Below, in pieces: positions 31,340 through 40,130 of a DNA stretch of 64,000 nucleotides (its first letter is position 1; every line of letters starts with the position of its first letter). Made by a program: the position numbers and the translations under genes. The DNA is from a virus: positions 113,376 to 177,375 of the IMG/VR virus record IMGVR_UViG_3300033145_000192; one strand, written 5' to 3'. Under the pieces are notes generated by a model, which was not told the origin of the DNA, did no database searches, and saw nothing but the letters and a program-made list of their open reading frames with translations.

Positions 31340-33340
31340 CTACTTAATTGGGCAGCTTCCTCTTGAGCACTTTTGCTCAGGGTCGATAACCAACTTCTTA
31401 CCATCGTAAGCTTCATATGACTCGCGAGTTATTTCTGTATAGGGAGGCTGTGGTCTGCCCCCGGCTCCCACCAACACGGTGGTCCCCTTGAGCTTTGGAA
31501 GGAACTTAATTACCGTGTGGTAAAGCTCCTTCTCAGTTGTAGCAGGAGTTAGGTTGACTGTCAAGGAAATTGAATTGTCAGCCCACTCACGCTGCAACAT
31601 AGCCTGAATCGCGAGGGTGTCATGCATCGAAATGTCGTGCTGTCCCTCAACGATGTCTTCTGCATCGTAACCTAATTCAGAAACTTCGTCAACAAGCGGG
31701 TGCTTACAAACATGCTTGGCAATGATTGTGTTTATACCCTCTTCCTTGTTAATACACTCTTCGAACTCTATCCCGTCACTCATAAGTTTTGGAATGTTAG
31801 GGTCGTCCTTTTGATAACGCACGCGTTGCTCATAGTATGGGAACAGTAGAGCCTGGCCACCCTCGGTTGCTCCAGCCAATTTTGCAATTGTGCCAGTTGG
31901 AGCTAGGGTGGTGTTCTTGATTGGAGCAGGAATTCTAAGCTCATGGGCATATTCCATGCCGGTCTTTTTCACTACTCGGTAGAACTGACGCAGCGTGCTA
32001 TGCACCTCTGGGTCATTGTGGCAATCGCTATACTTCTTGCCTTGCTTGCACAGCCAACCCTGGAAGCCAAAGAACCCGACACCAATGCGCCTGTTGCGAT
32101 TAACTACGGCACGCTGCCATGGCGAATAGATATCGCCAAAGGTAGCACGAATAAGGAAGCGAGTCATCATCATAAATGCTCGCTTTGCTCCTTCGACATT
32201 GTCGTGGAATTCTGATAGGTTGATATGTCCTAGGTTGCAATTGCCAAATGGGAGAGCGAAAATCTCACCACATGGATTTGAACTTACGACCTCTTCGGTC
32301 TCACCGTGTTGCGCCAAAGACATATTGCAGAAGCCTGGCTCGCCACTGACATACATCGACTCGATGCATTTCTTATAAACCAGCCTGGCGTGCTTGTCGC
32401 CCTTCTTGAATAGTCTGAAGAAGGAATTGTCAACACCTACCGAGATGTTTGTTGTCCAATGAGAGACCCTGGCATTGTCGCCCTTACAGTGAATGAACTC
32501 AAAGATGTCCGGGTCCTTCCAATGCTTAATTGACATACGGGCACTACGACGGACATTGCCAGCAACTACGCACACTGCAATACGGTGGTCAATCTCCATG
32601 TGGTCGAGAGATGTGAGCCTCTGGCCCACTTTGCTACTCAACAATTCAGCAACGCCCTGAAGCATTCGGATAAGAGCCTCTGGCCCCGAAGCGGTGCCGC
32701 CAAATGACCTAATAGGGGAACCATAGGGTCTTACGCGGCTCATATCAAATACAAGCGGCTGTGGGTTCTTGGCAAATGCCTGCTCCAAAACCAAAATAAG
32801 AGCCTCTACCCAGCCCTCACGACTATCCTCGACAGGAATACATCCATCCCAAGTATGGTGATAATCAGTAGATAGAGTATCCCCAATGCGCTCGTGGTCA
32901 GCATGCTTAGAGTCGCATACGATGTGAACATCGAGCTTGTTCTTAATAGGAGGATATTTCTTGATGAACCTGTCGGAGTAGTTAGCACCGACGCCACCAC
33001 CCTTCATAAGCTCATCGAACATGAAGGAATAGTGGTCGGCCATATTATCACGCCAACCAGAGACGTGACAATTAAACAAGAACTGACGACCTTTGACGCC
33101 ACTAACCCACAGGTGACGGCCTGCGGGTAGTGCCTTAAAATCCATGAATAGGTCAACCAAATCTTGGCGTTCGTTCCTGCGCCAGAATTTTTTGTCTACT
33201 AGAGCAAGATTACCGTCTACGACACGTTCAACTGTCTCTGGCCATGTCTCGTTTGAGCCGTCTGGTTTCCTCCTACTATACGTTCTTTCATAAACTTGCT
33301 TCCCTATCGGACCCCACTTAATCTGCTGCATAGTAGGCAT
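31340..33340 (-). CDS. nrdJ: Class II (adenosylcobalamin-dependent) ribonucleotide reductase
   Basis: ERTYSR, PAGRHLW, VVAGNVRRSARM, NPCGEI finger loop, TTLAPTGT, C-terminal CSRGSCPIK. Confidence 0.9.
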   Translation of the reverse strand: MPTMQQIKWGPIGKQVYERTYSRRKPDGSNETWPETVERVVDGNLALVDKKFWRRNERQDLVDLFMDFKALPAGRHLWVSGVKGRQFLFNCHVSGWRDNMADHYSFMFDELMKGGGVGANYSDRFIKKYPPIKNKLDVHIVCDSKHADHERIGDTLSTDYHHTWDGCIPVEDSREGWVEALILVLEQAFAKNPQPLVFDMSRVRPYGSPIRSFGGTASGPEALIRMLQGVAELLSSKVGQRLTSLDHMEIDHRIAVCVVAGNVRRSARMSIKHWKDPDIFEFIHCKGDNARVSHWTTNISVGVDNSFFRLFKKGDKHARLVYKKCIESMYVSGEPGFCNMSLAQHGETEEVVSSNPCGEIFALPFGNCNLGHINLSEFHDNVEGAKRAFMMMTRFLIRATFGDIYSPWQRAVVNRNRRIGVGFFGFQGWLCKQGKKYSDCHNDPEVHSTLRQFYRVVKKTGMEYAHELRIPAPIKNTTLAPTGTIAKLAGATEGGQALLFPYYEQRVRYQKDDPNIPKLMSDGIEFEECINKEEGINTIIAKHVCKHPLVDEVSELGYDAEDIVEGQHDISMHDTLAIQAMLQREWADNSISLTVNLTPATTEKELYHTVIKFLPKLKGTTVLVGAGGRPQPPYTEITRESYEAYDGKKLVIDPEQKCSRGSCPIK

Positions 33341-33347
33341 ACATCTC

Positions 33348-34026
33348 CTAACGTAAGTCTTTGATATCACCTCTTAGAAACTTCTTGAGAGATGACTTCT
33401 TATTTGTTCTATGGTCTACAACCAGGTCTTTGCGCTCGCAATAGGTTCTAACTTTGTCCCCTCTTGCCCCTCTACCGACCTGGCTTTTCCTCTTGGCGTT
33501 CTTTTTATCTTTGTTGCGTCCCCGTTGGGCACTAAATAACTTAGCCCGCATGGCGTTCAGGGCCAACGCCTTATTGCGTCCCTGCCTGCGGCCATACTGG
33601 GCTATAACTACCATTCCTGTTGGGATGTGGGTTAGTCGAACTGCACTGTCAGTTTTATTTTTATGCTGTCCACCAGGTCCGCTACCTCTAAAGAAAGTAA
33701 ATCTGAGGTCTTGTGGTCTAAGTGCCACTTCAGTCTTTTGCTGGTGTTGTAAGACAGCAACGGTAATAGTGCTTGTATGAACTCTTCCCCTGCGCTCTGT
33801 AGGCGGGACTCTTTGGTATCTGTGGACCCCTGCCTCGTGACTGAAAACTTCATTTGCTCTCCTTCCTCCTACTTCTAGGACGACATATGATGCGGCGCGG
33901 TCGAGCAATTCAATGCTAAAGATGCTCCTTAGCGGCGACCTTCCTGAATACGTTCTCGAACTTGACAACCAAGTCCTTGGCGTCTGCACCACCAGCGGCG
34001 GCGCGAATCTCAATCGTTACGTTCAT
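33348..34026 (-). CDS. Peptide chain release factor 1-like protein lacking domain 1, expressed through a +1 frameshift at 33916-33921
   Basis: ORF1 MNVTIEIRAAAGGADAK...KEHL-TAG; +1 frame continues SIELLDR..., HRYQRVPPTERRGRVHTST (PxT motif), GPGGQHKNKTDSAVR (GGQ). Confidence 0.88.
33915..33929 (-). promoter_or_regulatory. prfB-style programmed +1 frameshift cassette AGGAG-CAT-CTT-TAG-C
   Basis: Internal SD, 3-nt spacer, CUU slip codon, in-frame stop, then C. Confidence 0.85.
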
Positions 34027-34034
34027 TATCTCCT

Positions 34035-34436
34035 CTATTCCTCACTCCAGAAACAATCGTCGTCAATCATCTCTTCGACTGTAGTGTCTCCTTGATTCAA
34101 ACTGTCTTCAATGCGGGCATCCCAGATGTCAAAGTCAACGAACTGGTTGCGCCTTAGATAAAACAAAAAGTTGCGCACGTTCTTCACCATTAGATAGTCA
34201 GCATCCATGCCGCCCCTATGCGCGTTCCAATAGTATTCGATGAAGTAGGCATACCTTGTGCATCTCAGTATACATACGTCGGGACCGTTAGACAACATGA
34301 AGAAAACCATGTCGCCAAATTCTTCGGCATTGTCGCGGACGGGACCAATTACAAGGCCCATCTTTTCCGCAGCGTTGCCAACTTTTGTTGCTCTTTTGAG
34401 TGTCTCAATTGAAAACTTCGGCTTGTCCACTTTCAT
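34035..34436 (-). CDS. Hypothetical protein
   Basis: ORF with GGGAGG RBS; first gene of the minus arm. Confidence 0.6.
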   Translation of the reverse strand: MKVDKPKFSIETLKRATKVGNAAEKMGLVIGPVRDNAEEFGDMVFFMLSNGPDVCILRCTRYAYFIEYYWNAHRGGMDADYLMVKNVRNFLFYLRRNQFVDFDIWDARIEDSLNQGDTTVEEMIDDDCFWSEE

Positions 34437-34450
34437 TCCTCCCACCTTTC

Positions 34451-34458
34451 TATACACT
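34451..34458 (-). promoter_or_regulatory. Putative late promoter variant AGTGTATA
   Basis: Just upstream of the first minus-strand gene. Confidence 0.5.
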
Positions 34459-34648
34459 TAGAGCAGACCATCCCCTATAGGCGAACATCATGGTTGCCCT
34501 CTAGTAGTAGAAGAGTCTCTACAAACCAGGAAGTCAAGGGGCCGAATTGAAGATTCTGCGGCGAATTAAAATCTGACGAAGCTGCTTGACTTTTCATTTG
34601 TTGCTCACTCTTATGACTGTAGAGCACCAAGATGTGTGAGGAGGACAG

Positions 34649-34948
34649 ATGAAAGTTACTTATCAACTGGGATGGATGAAACGTGGTAGGACACCTGGAA
34701 TGTTCAGGGCCATGGTTCATGAAATCGGGACACCTAACTGGGTCGAGAGACTCATAGGGAAGGACAATTACACAAAGAGCGACGAGTATATTGGGCACAA
34801 CATGTGGTTTCGTGACGGGACCAAAGTTAGGGCTAAAGTAGCCCTGGAGGAGTTTCTGAGTAAACGAACGATGTATGCTGATGCCAAACGCGGGGGAGGT
34901 ATCAAGTGTGCGCTACAGTTCAACATGATTACATTCAAGCGAGGCTAG
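34649..34948 (+). CDS. Hypothetical protein
   Basis: 99 aa, GAGGAGG RBS. Confidence 0.6.
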   Translation: MKVTYQLGWMKRGRTPGMFRAMVHEIGTPNWVERLIGKDNYTKSDEYIGHNMWFRDGTKVRAKVALEEFLSKRTMYADAKRGGGIKCALQFNMITFKRG

Positions 34949-35011
34949 TGCTGACCACTTGGCCCGTATGGTATAAGATAGGCAAGCATTGGATTTTAAG
35001 GGAGGAGGCCC

Positions 35012-35323
35012 ATGATGTCTGGCAATTTGAAAGAATTCAAGGAAAATGTGACGAGTGACCTAGGCGACCTGACCGCTGTGCAACTCAATGCGCTTTACGG
35101 CGAAGTGCTGAAGGAATACGCGGGAAGGCTGTGCGGCGAAGCCAAGAGGCAAGAGGGCGTAGAGGTCAGGCTGTCAGCCGAAGTTGTTGTTGGTGCTGTT
35201 TGTTCTGTGGTGATGAGCACCGAGCATTTGATTACTCACACCGCTAGTCCGGTCCAACTGTTTCACAAAGGCGGCGATGACCCACTTTACGTAGACACGC
35301 GAGAGCCATACGGCGGATGCTAG
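35012..35323 (+). CDS. Hypothetical protein
   Basis: 103 aa, GGAGGAGG RBS. Confidence 0.6.
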   Translation: MMSGNLKEFKENVTSDLGDLTAVQLNALYGEVLKEYAGRLCGEAKRQEGVEVRLSAEVVVGAVCSVVMSTEHLITHTASPVQLFHKGGDDPLYVDTREPYGGC

Positions 35324-35341
35324 TAAGAGAGGAACGAAGTT

Positions 35342-35584
35342 ATGTGCCATGGAAGAGCTTCTAGGTATGATATTATTGCCGCAATGGGCTGTAACGCAGA
35401 CAAAGGCTGCGCCGGTAGTTGTGGAGGGAGTGAGGGAGGAAGCGAAAAATGCGGCGACAAGTGCAAGTGCAAAAAGCAATGTGTCTGTGAGCATTTGGTA
35501 ATGGTCAATAGAGGATGTCAGTGTGGTGCCGTGAAGGCGGCGAAGGAATGTAAAGAAAAGGGCGAGTGCAATGATTGCACCTAG
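35342..35584 (+). CDS. Cys-rich metallothionein-like protein
   Basis: 80 aa with CxC / CxxC clusters (CGDKCKCKKQCVC, GCQCG). Confidence 0.55.
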   Translation: MCHGRASRYDIIAAMGCNADKGCAGSCGGSEGGSEKCGDKCKCKKQCVCEHLVMVNRGCQCGAVKAAKECKEKGECNDCT

Positions 35585-35918
35585 CGGAGTCGCAAAGTGG
35601 GACGGAAGAAAGACACGAGTTCCTCGTAGATGTATGGCATGTGGGCAAGAGCATAACATCATACCAGGGTCAGGAGGATTTTACATAGAGCCTAATGAGC
35701 GCGGAGAAATGAATCATGATTGTGTGATTGCCATGCGGCAGGCATGTTGGGATAGCTGGACTGAAGTTATTACGAACCTGTATGGCGTGCCAGGAAGGGA
35801 ATTTCCTAACTCACCCGTAATGGTAGCGTCGGAACGTAATTGGCGCGAAGATACCATCTTGCCTATAAGGGGATTTGATTACCGACCAGGAATGGGACCT
35901 AGCGGTGTGCTTGAATGA
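35571..35918 (+). CDS. Hypothetical protein with CxxC
   Basis: 115 aa, overlaps the upstream stop. Confidence 0.55.
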   Translation: MIAPSGVAKWDGRKTRVPRRCMACGQEHNIIPGSGGFYIEPNERGEMNHDCVIAMRQACWDSWTEVITNLYGVPGREFPNSPVMVASERNWREDTILPIRGFDYRPGMGPSGVLE

Positions 35919-36221
35919 TTAGGTGAAACACCTATTATTTGGGGCCTACACTATATCAGGGCCCCGCCGTAAGTCCTTTGTTTTCGACCACCGCTCTAAG
36001 TTCAATAATACCAGGGGGTTACGTAAAGCCTTTGTTTCCGACCCTTTCTTTTCATTTCACCGCCCCCATGAAATGAAATGCTTATCTCCTTTGTTTGCGA
36101 CCGCCCGATTTCTGGCACCCCCAACCCCTTGCCCTGTAAGGGTTTACGGCGGTGACCGTTTTCCGGCACCCCCAACCGCCCGATTTCCGTCGCCCCGCAC
36201 CGAAAACAAAGGAGTTATGAC

Positions 36222-36240
36222 TGGCACGGGACGTGCTATA
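36222..36240 (+). promoter_or_regulatory. Sigma54-type promoter (-24/-12)
   Basis: TGGCACGGGACGTGCTATA, exact GG-N10-GC spacing. Confidence 0.7.
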
Positions 36241-36499
36241 GGTAGGGTGGCGGCGCGGGGTCGGGTGCGACCCAAAAGCGTCCCGCTCTTTGACAATTCG
36301 GCTCATTTGCGTGTCACGGTGGGGGGCCTTGCGCCTCATTTGTGACGCACGGACCACGTCGAGAGACGTATCTGGAACCGAGACCCGCCGGAGGCTGAGA
36401 CGCTTCTGACACCTACGGGGGCGGCAGGAGGGACGCAAATGAGACGGCCTTGAAACGCAACGGGTCGCCCTGAAGGCAGGGAGTCGCAAATGCGACGAA

Positions 36500-36516
36500 T
36501 CCGGTTCGAATCCGGA
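36500..36516 (+). other. T-loop hairpin TCCGG-TTCGAAT-CCGGA
   Basis: tRNA T-loop consensus closing a 5-bp stem, ahead of the first early gene. Confidence 0.55.
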
Positions 36517-36583
36517 ACGACCCATGACACGTTTCACCATGCGTCTCACAGAAAGGGACGCAAATGACACGAAGGAGGAGGAG

Positions 36584-36814
36584 ATGAAACGAATGCGGCC
36601 TGTCACTGAGACGATGGCACGCATCTGCGACGAATGTGACGGGTTGGGTTTCGTTCCGCGACACTCAACTGGAACGAAAGTGACACTGGTCGAGGCGCAT
36701 ACGGCACAGAAATGCGACGAATGCGACGGCTTCGGGCTGGTGGCACGCAAGCGAGACGAATCCACCCTGACTGAGACGATTCTGCGACTCAAAACCCTCT
36801 ACGAAACGAACTGA
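36584..36814 (+). CDS. Small Zn-finger protein (two CxxCxGxG repeats)
   Basis: CDECDGLG and CDECDGFG; GGAGGAGGAG RBS. Confidence 0.7.
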   Translation: MKRMRPVTETMARICDECDGLGFVPRHSTGTKVTLVEAHTAQKCDECDGFGLVARKRDESTLTETILRLKTLYETN

Positions 36815-36823
36815 GAGACGGAA

Positions 36824-37333
36824 ATGACACGCTTCTGGACCATTGCCCACGACGATAAGGTTTCAAATGCGTCCCACGAACACCTAACCCTTGCGTTTCA
36901 CGACGATGGGACGATTGCGGTTCGAACCAAGACCGTCTCAGAAGGGGCTCATATGCGTGACACTTACGAGTCATGCGGCTCCTACGGTCGGTGGGATACG
37001 GGTCACCGTTGGGTCGAATTCGACTCAAGCTGCACCGCATTTGACATGGCTTCGGTTGCCATGCAACGCGAGTGGAACGTAACGGTTCTCAACTGCAACG
37101 CAAGTGACTCGGATTGGGGTCACATCAGTTTCATCGAGTGCGACGGAAACGTCACCGACCCGGATACGTTGCGCGGCATGGGACGCAACAAAGACGCGGA
37201 CGCCGATGAGACGAGTGCGACACGCAAGCGGAACGGAAACAGCCTCATGCGGTTCGGCGGGTGGAACGCAACGCGGGTCGTAAATGACAAGGCTCTGGCA
37301 CGAGCCAAGGCTGCCGACGCGGCACGCAACTGA
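36824..37333 (+). CDS. Hypothetical early protein
   Basis: 169-aa ORF. Confidence 0.65.
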   Translation: MTRFWTIAHDDKVSNASHEHLTLAFHDDGTIAVRTKTVSEGAHMRDTYESCGSYGRWDTGHRWVEFDSSCTAFDMASVAMQREWNVTVLNCNASDSDWGHISFIECDGNVTDPDTLRGMGRNKDADADETSATRKRNGNSLMRFGGWNATRVVNDKALARAKAADAARN

Positions 37334-37375
37334 CACGAACGGTGCTCGGGGCGGGTTCGACTCCCGCCCGTGTCA
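37331..37375 (+). other. T-loop hairpin inside a TGACACG/CGTGTCA stem (tRNA top-half mimic)
   Basis: GGGCGGG-TTCGACT-CCCGCCC at 37349-37369. Confidence 0.7.
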
Positions 37376-37432
37376 TTTCGGTTTCACCATACGTGCCACC
37401 CAGAGGCACGCAAACAGAACGGAAGTTTCAAA

Positions 37433-37651
37433 ATGAAGAACATTCACGACCTGCGAGACGCATTCGACACGATTCAGGCTGCGGCACGAGACGGAAAACG
37501 AGCCTGCAACGGATTTGAGACGCTAGAGGCGTCCTGCGTGTTGGACCACGATATGCTGGCCAGCATACTCCTGAGCGTTGAGGAGCAGTTGCGTCTCATT
37601 GCGGACCACGCGAACCGGAGCCTGGGACAAACCGCTATCCGAATCGACTGA
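37433..37651 (+). CDS. Hypothetical early protein
   Basis: 72 aa from MKNIHDL. Confidence 0.6.
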   Translation: MKNIHDLRDAFDTIQAAARDGKRACNGFETLEASCVLDHDMLASILLSVEEQLRLIADHANRSLGQTAIRID

Positions 37652-37677
37652 CACGCATCTGAGACGGACGGCTTCTA

Positions 37678-37706
37678 GGGTCGTAGGGTTCGATTCCTTA
37701 CGACTC
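37678..37706 (+). other. T-loop hairpin
   Basis: GGGTCGTAGGG-TTCGATT-CCTTACGACTC. Confidence 0.7.
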
Positions 37707-37761
37707 ACTTGCGGTTCACAATCCGTGAAACGCACAACTGCCTGGTGGCAAAGGATTTAGC

Positions 37762-38355
37762 ATGAACGTCAGAAAGAACGCGCTTCGTCTCATGGTCGTC
37801 CGCAACGCAACTGAGACGGAGTTCGCTGCCCAGTTCGCCTACCGCACCGCACCGCTCGGCTCGACGGGACGCAAATGGGACGCAATGATGGACGACGGCT
37901 GGTGGAGGGGCGACGGTAACGAGTGGGTCAAGGTCTACAAGGGTATCAGTGAAACGCATTTGAGCCCGGACGACTACAACTACCTCTCGTGGGACGAAAT
38001 TGACTCGATTCTGCGACGAGAGACCATTCGGTGCGTAAGCGTGTCAACGACTCGTCTGCGGCGTGTTCGGTCTCACTTGCGTATCACCGAGGCGTCGTCC
38101 TTCGGTGGCAACGTGGCCCGCAGGGTTCGGTGGCTCAAGGACATGCGGGACGAAGCGGAGCGAAACGCATTTGAGGCGAACGTCCTGCTCTGCTCCGATA
38201 TGGACCAGTTGGCCGTAACTCCCGGCGACGAGTGGGATTACACCTACAACCCCGAGACCTACGGTTGGGACCACAGCGAGCCGTCCGGGTCATTTGCGTT
38301 CCAGAACCGTGCCAGCCACGAGTTGACCTTCGACGACATGGACGACTGCTTCTAG
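37762..38355 (+). CDS. Hypothetical early protein
   Basis: 197-aa ORF, AAGGA RBS. Confidence 0.65.
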   Translation: MNVRKNALRLMVVRNATETEFAAQFAYRTAPLGSTGRKWDAMMDDGWWRGDGNEWVKVYKGISETHLSPDDYNYLSWDEIDSILRRETIRCVSVSTTRLRRVRSHLRITEASSFGGNVARRVRWLKDMRDEAERNAFEANVLLCSDMDQLAVTPGDEWDYTYNPETYGWDHSEPSGSFAFQNRASHELTFDDMDDCF

Positions 38356-38374
38356 CAGACACGCATTGGTGACG

Positions 38375-38403
38375 GAGGCGGTAGGTTCGATTCCTGCCGT
38401 CTC
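38375..38403 (+). other. T-loop hairpin
   Basis: GAGGCGGTAGG-TTCGATT-CCTGCCGTCTC. Confidence 0.7.
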
Positions 38404-38458
38404 ATTTGCGTCTCAATTATGGGACGCTTAACGGCCTGGTGGCCAAGGTGACACGCAT

Positions 38459-38698
38459 ATGAGTATCTTCCTGAACGGCGAGGCGTATGAGCAGGACATG
38501 GCCGAGACTGTCGTTGAAACGCAAGTGGAACGATACACCGGCAACTGGGAAATGAAGGACGGCAGCCAGCCCGTTGGCATGGTGACCGGAATGAGACGGA
38601 AGGACAGTTTGTCCCGTTTGCGTCTCACCGACTCCCAGGCCAAGTTCTTCCTCAGCGACACTCACTGGGATATCTACTGGGAGGTGTTCACCGACTGA
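38459..38698 (+). CDS. Hypothetical early protein
   Basis: 79-aa ORF. Confidence 0.6.
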   Translation: MSIFLNGEAYEQDMAETVVETQVERYTGNWEMKDGSQPVGMVTGMRRKDSLSRLRLTDSQAKFFLSDTHWDIYWEVFTD

Positions 38699-38736
38699 TA
38701 CGCATTTGAAACGAACCAACGTCGGTTTGTTTCAGA

Positions 38737-38765
38737 GGGATAGACGGTTCGATTCCGTTTGTCTC
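38737..38765 (+). other. T-loop hairpin
   Basis: GGGATAGACGG-TTCGATT-CCGTTTGTCTC. Confidence 0.7.
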
Positions 38766-38809
38766 TTTTGCGTCTCACAATGAGGCGCAGCAATGCCTGG
38801 AGGCACGCA

Positions 38810-39040
38810 ATGAACACGTATCTGCTCACGGTTTGGGACGGAAGCAACGCAAATGGGCTCGGCCAGACCTACAATCTGGGGCGCAGCAACGGGCTCTACA
38901 CCCCGATTCAGCAGGCTGGAACGATTCTGGCACAGTGGCACGCAAATGGCACGAACGAGTGGACGTGCAACGATAACGGGGCGTGGGAGAACCTGGAGAC
39001 GGGCCACAAGGCGCAACTGAGCCGAGTGCTGGGCCGCTAA
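38810..39040 (+). CDS. Hypothetical early protein
   Basis: 76 aa from MNTYLL, GGAGG RBS. Confidence 0.6.
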   Translation: MNTYLLTVWDGSNANGLGQTYNLGRSNGLYTPIQQAGTILAQWHANGTNEWTCNDNGAWENLETGHKAQLSRVLGR

Positions 39041-39089
39041 ACGCAAGTGAGACGAATCAACTTCTAGCCTGAAACGCAAAGGAAACGAA

Positions 39090-39314
39090 ATGCTGAAAAG
39101 TGAACTGATAGAGGAAAACAAGCGGCTGCACGATACCGTCGATTACCTTCGGTCGCAGTTGCGTCTCATACCGCACAGTCGTTTCGAGAAGTATCGGCAC
39201 GCAAAGGACACGAACGAGACTCTGGCCTACCGCAAGTGCGCCCAAGAGGTAGACTCGCGCTGCCTCGCCGCACTGAGCCACGCAACTGACATACAAGACG
39301 GTTGCACCGACTAG
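39090..39314 (+). CDS. Hypothetical early protein
   Basis: 74 aa, AAGGA RBS. Confidence 0.6.
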   Translation: MLKSELIEENKRLHDTVDYLRSQLRLIPHSRFEKYRHAKDTNETLAYRKCAQEVDSRCLAALSHATDIQDGCTD

Positions 39315-39562
39315 GCGACACGCATTTGAGACGGACCTGAGCATGTCGTTAAACTGCTCGGTTTCTTTTGCGTCTCACAACTGGCCAGGCCAGGGGGCAG
39401 TCTGTCTATAATGAATCAGCGAACGACACGCAAATGCAACGTATCTTCTCTAGCAGTTACGAATGACACGCAAATGCTACGAATGCTTTCGTTTCACCAT
39501 ACGTCTCACGAGAATCCGCCCGAGGTGTTCACGCATAAGGAGTAAATGACACGCAAATGAGA

Positions 39563-39724
39563 CCCACTACATATGGTATGCTATTTGTTATGACACGCAA
39601 ATGAAACGCTGTTGTTCCCTACGGGGAGATTGGCATGATTCCAACACAACTAAAGGAGTTACAAATGAGACGCAAATGCAACGAGCACCTGCGCCATTCT
39701 AATACACCCCCCATATGTAGTGGG
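39563..39724. repeat. Perfect 14-bp inverted repeat CCCACTACATATGG / CCATATGTAGTGGG
   Basis: Arms at 39563-39576 and 39711-39724. Confidence 0.85.
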
Positions 39725-40004
39725 TTGGCACGCAAGAGAGACGCAACGAGCCTATGAAACGCATTTGTGACATAAAATCAATTCGTTTCACTATACGTCT
39801 CACGGAAAGCCGCCCGAGGTGTCTGGGGAGAGGGAGGAAACGCAAATGAGACGAGAGCCGCAAATGAGACAAAAGCCTCCGCTGCGCTGCGTCATGCTTC
39901 TTTTCATTTCACCTTGCAACGCATTTGTGGAGCAAGGCTACCTAAAGGCTTTACAGCGTTTCACTTACGTCTCAGATGTTGCACCGTATGTGACACGAAG
40001 ACTT

Positions 40005-40020
40005 TGGCACGGGATTTGCT
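40005..40020 (+). promoter_or_regulatory. Sigma54-type promoter
   Basis: TTGGCACGGGATTTGCT, essentially the consensus. Confidence 0.75.
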
Positions 40021-40114
40021 TAGGGGGCGGCTGGCGGCTGGCCGACGTAACTCTATACGCCACGTCTAAGCCATTGTGCCCACTAGCTTTATGAACTCAG
40101 TGGACCTTGGGGTC

Positions 40115-40130
40115 TGGCATGGCATTCGCT
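40115..40130 (+). promoter_or_regulatory. Sigma54-type promoter
   Basis: TGGCATGGCATTCGCT, GG-N10-GC. Confidence 0.55.

Noticed and set aside
25208-33340. Inteins or introns in terminase or ribonucleotide reductase
   Set aside because: Lengths are ordinary and motifs are contiguous; no splice-junction or homing endonuclease signatures.
24-34400. Long plus-strand ORFs in the left arm (e.g. 2772-3764, 3786-4334, 23382-23894)
   Set aside because: They are antisense shadows of minus-strand genes, with no RBS and mirror-image composition.
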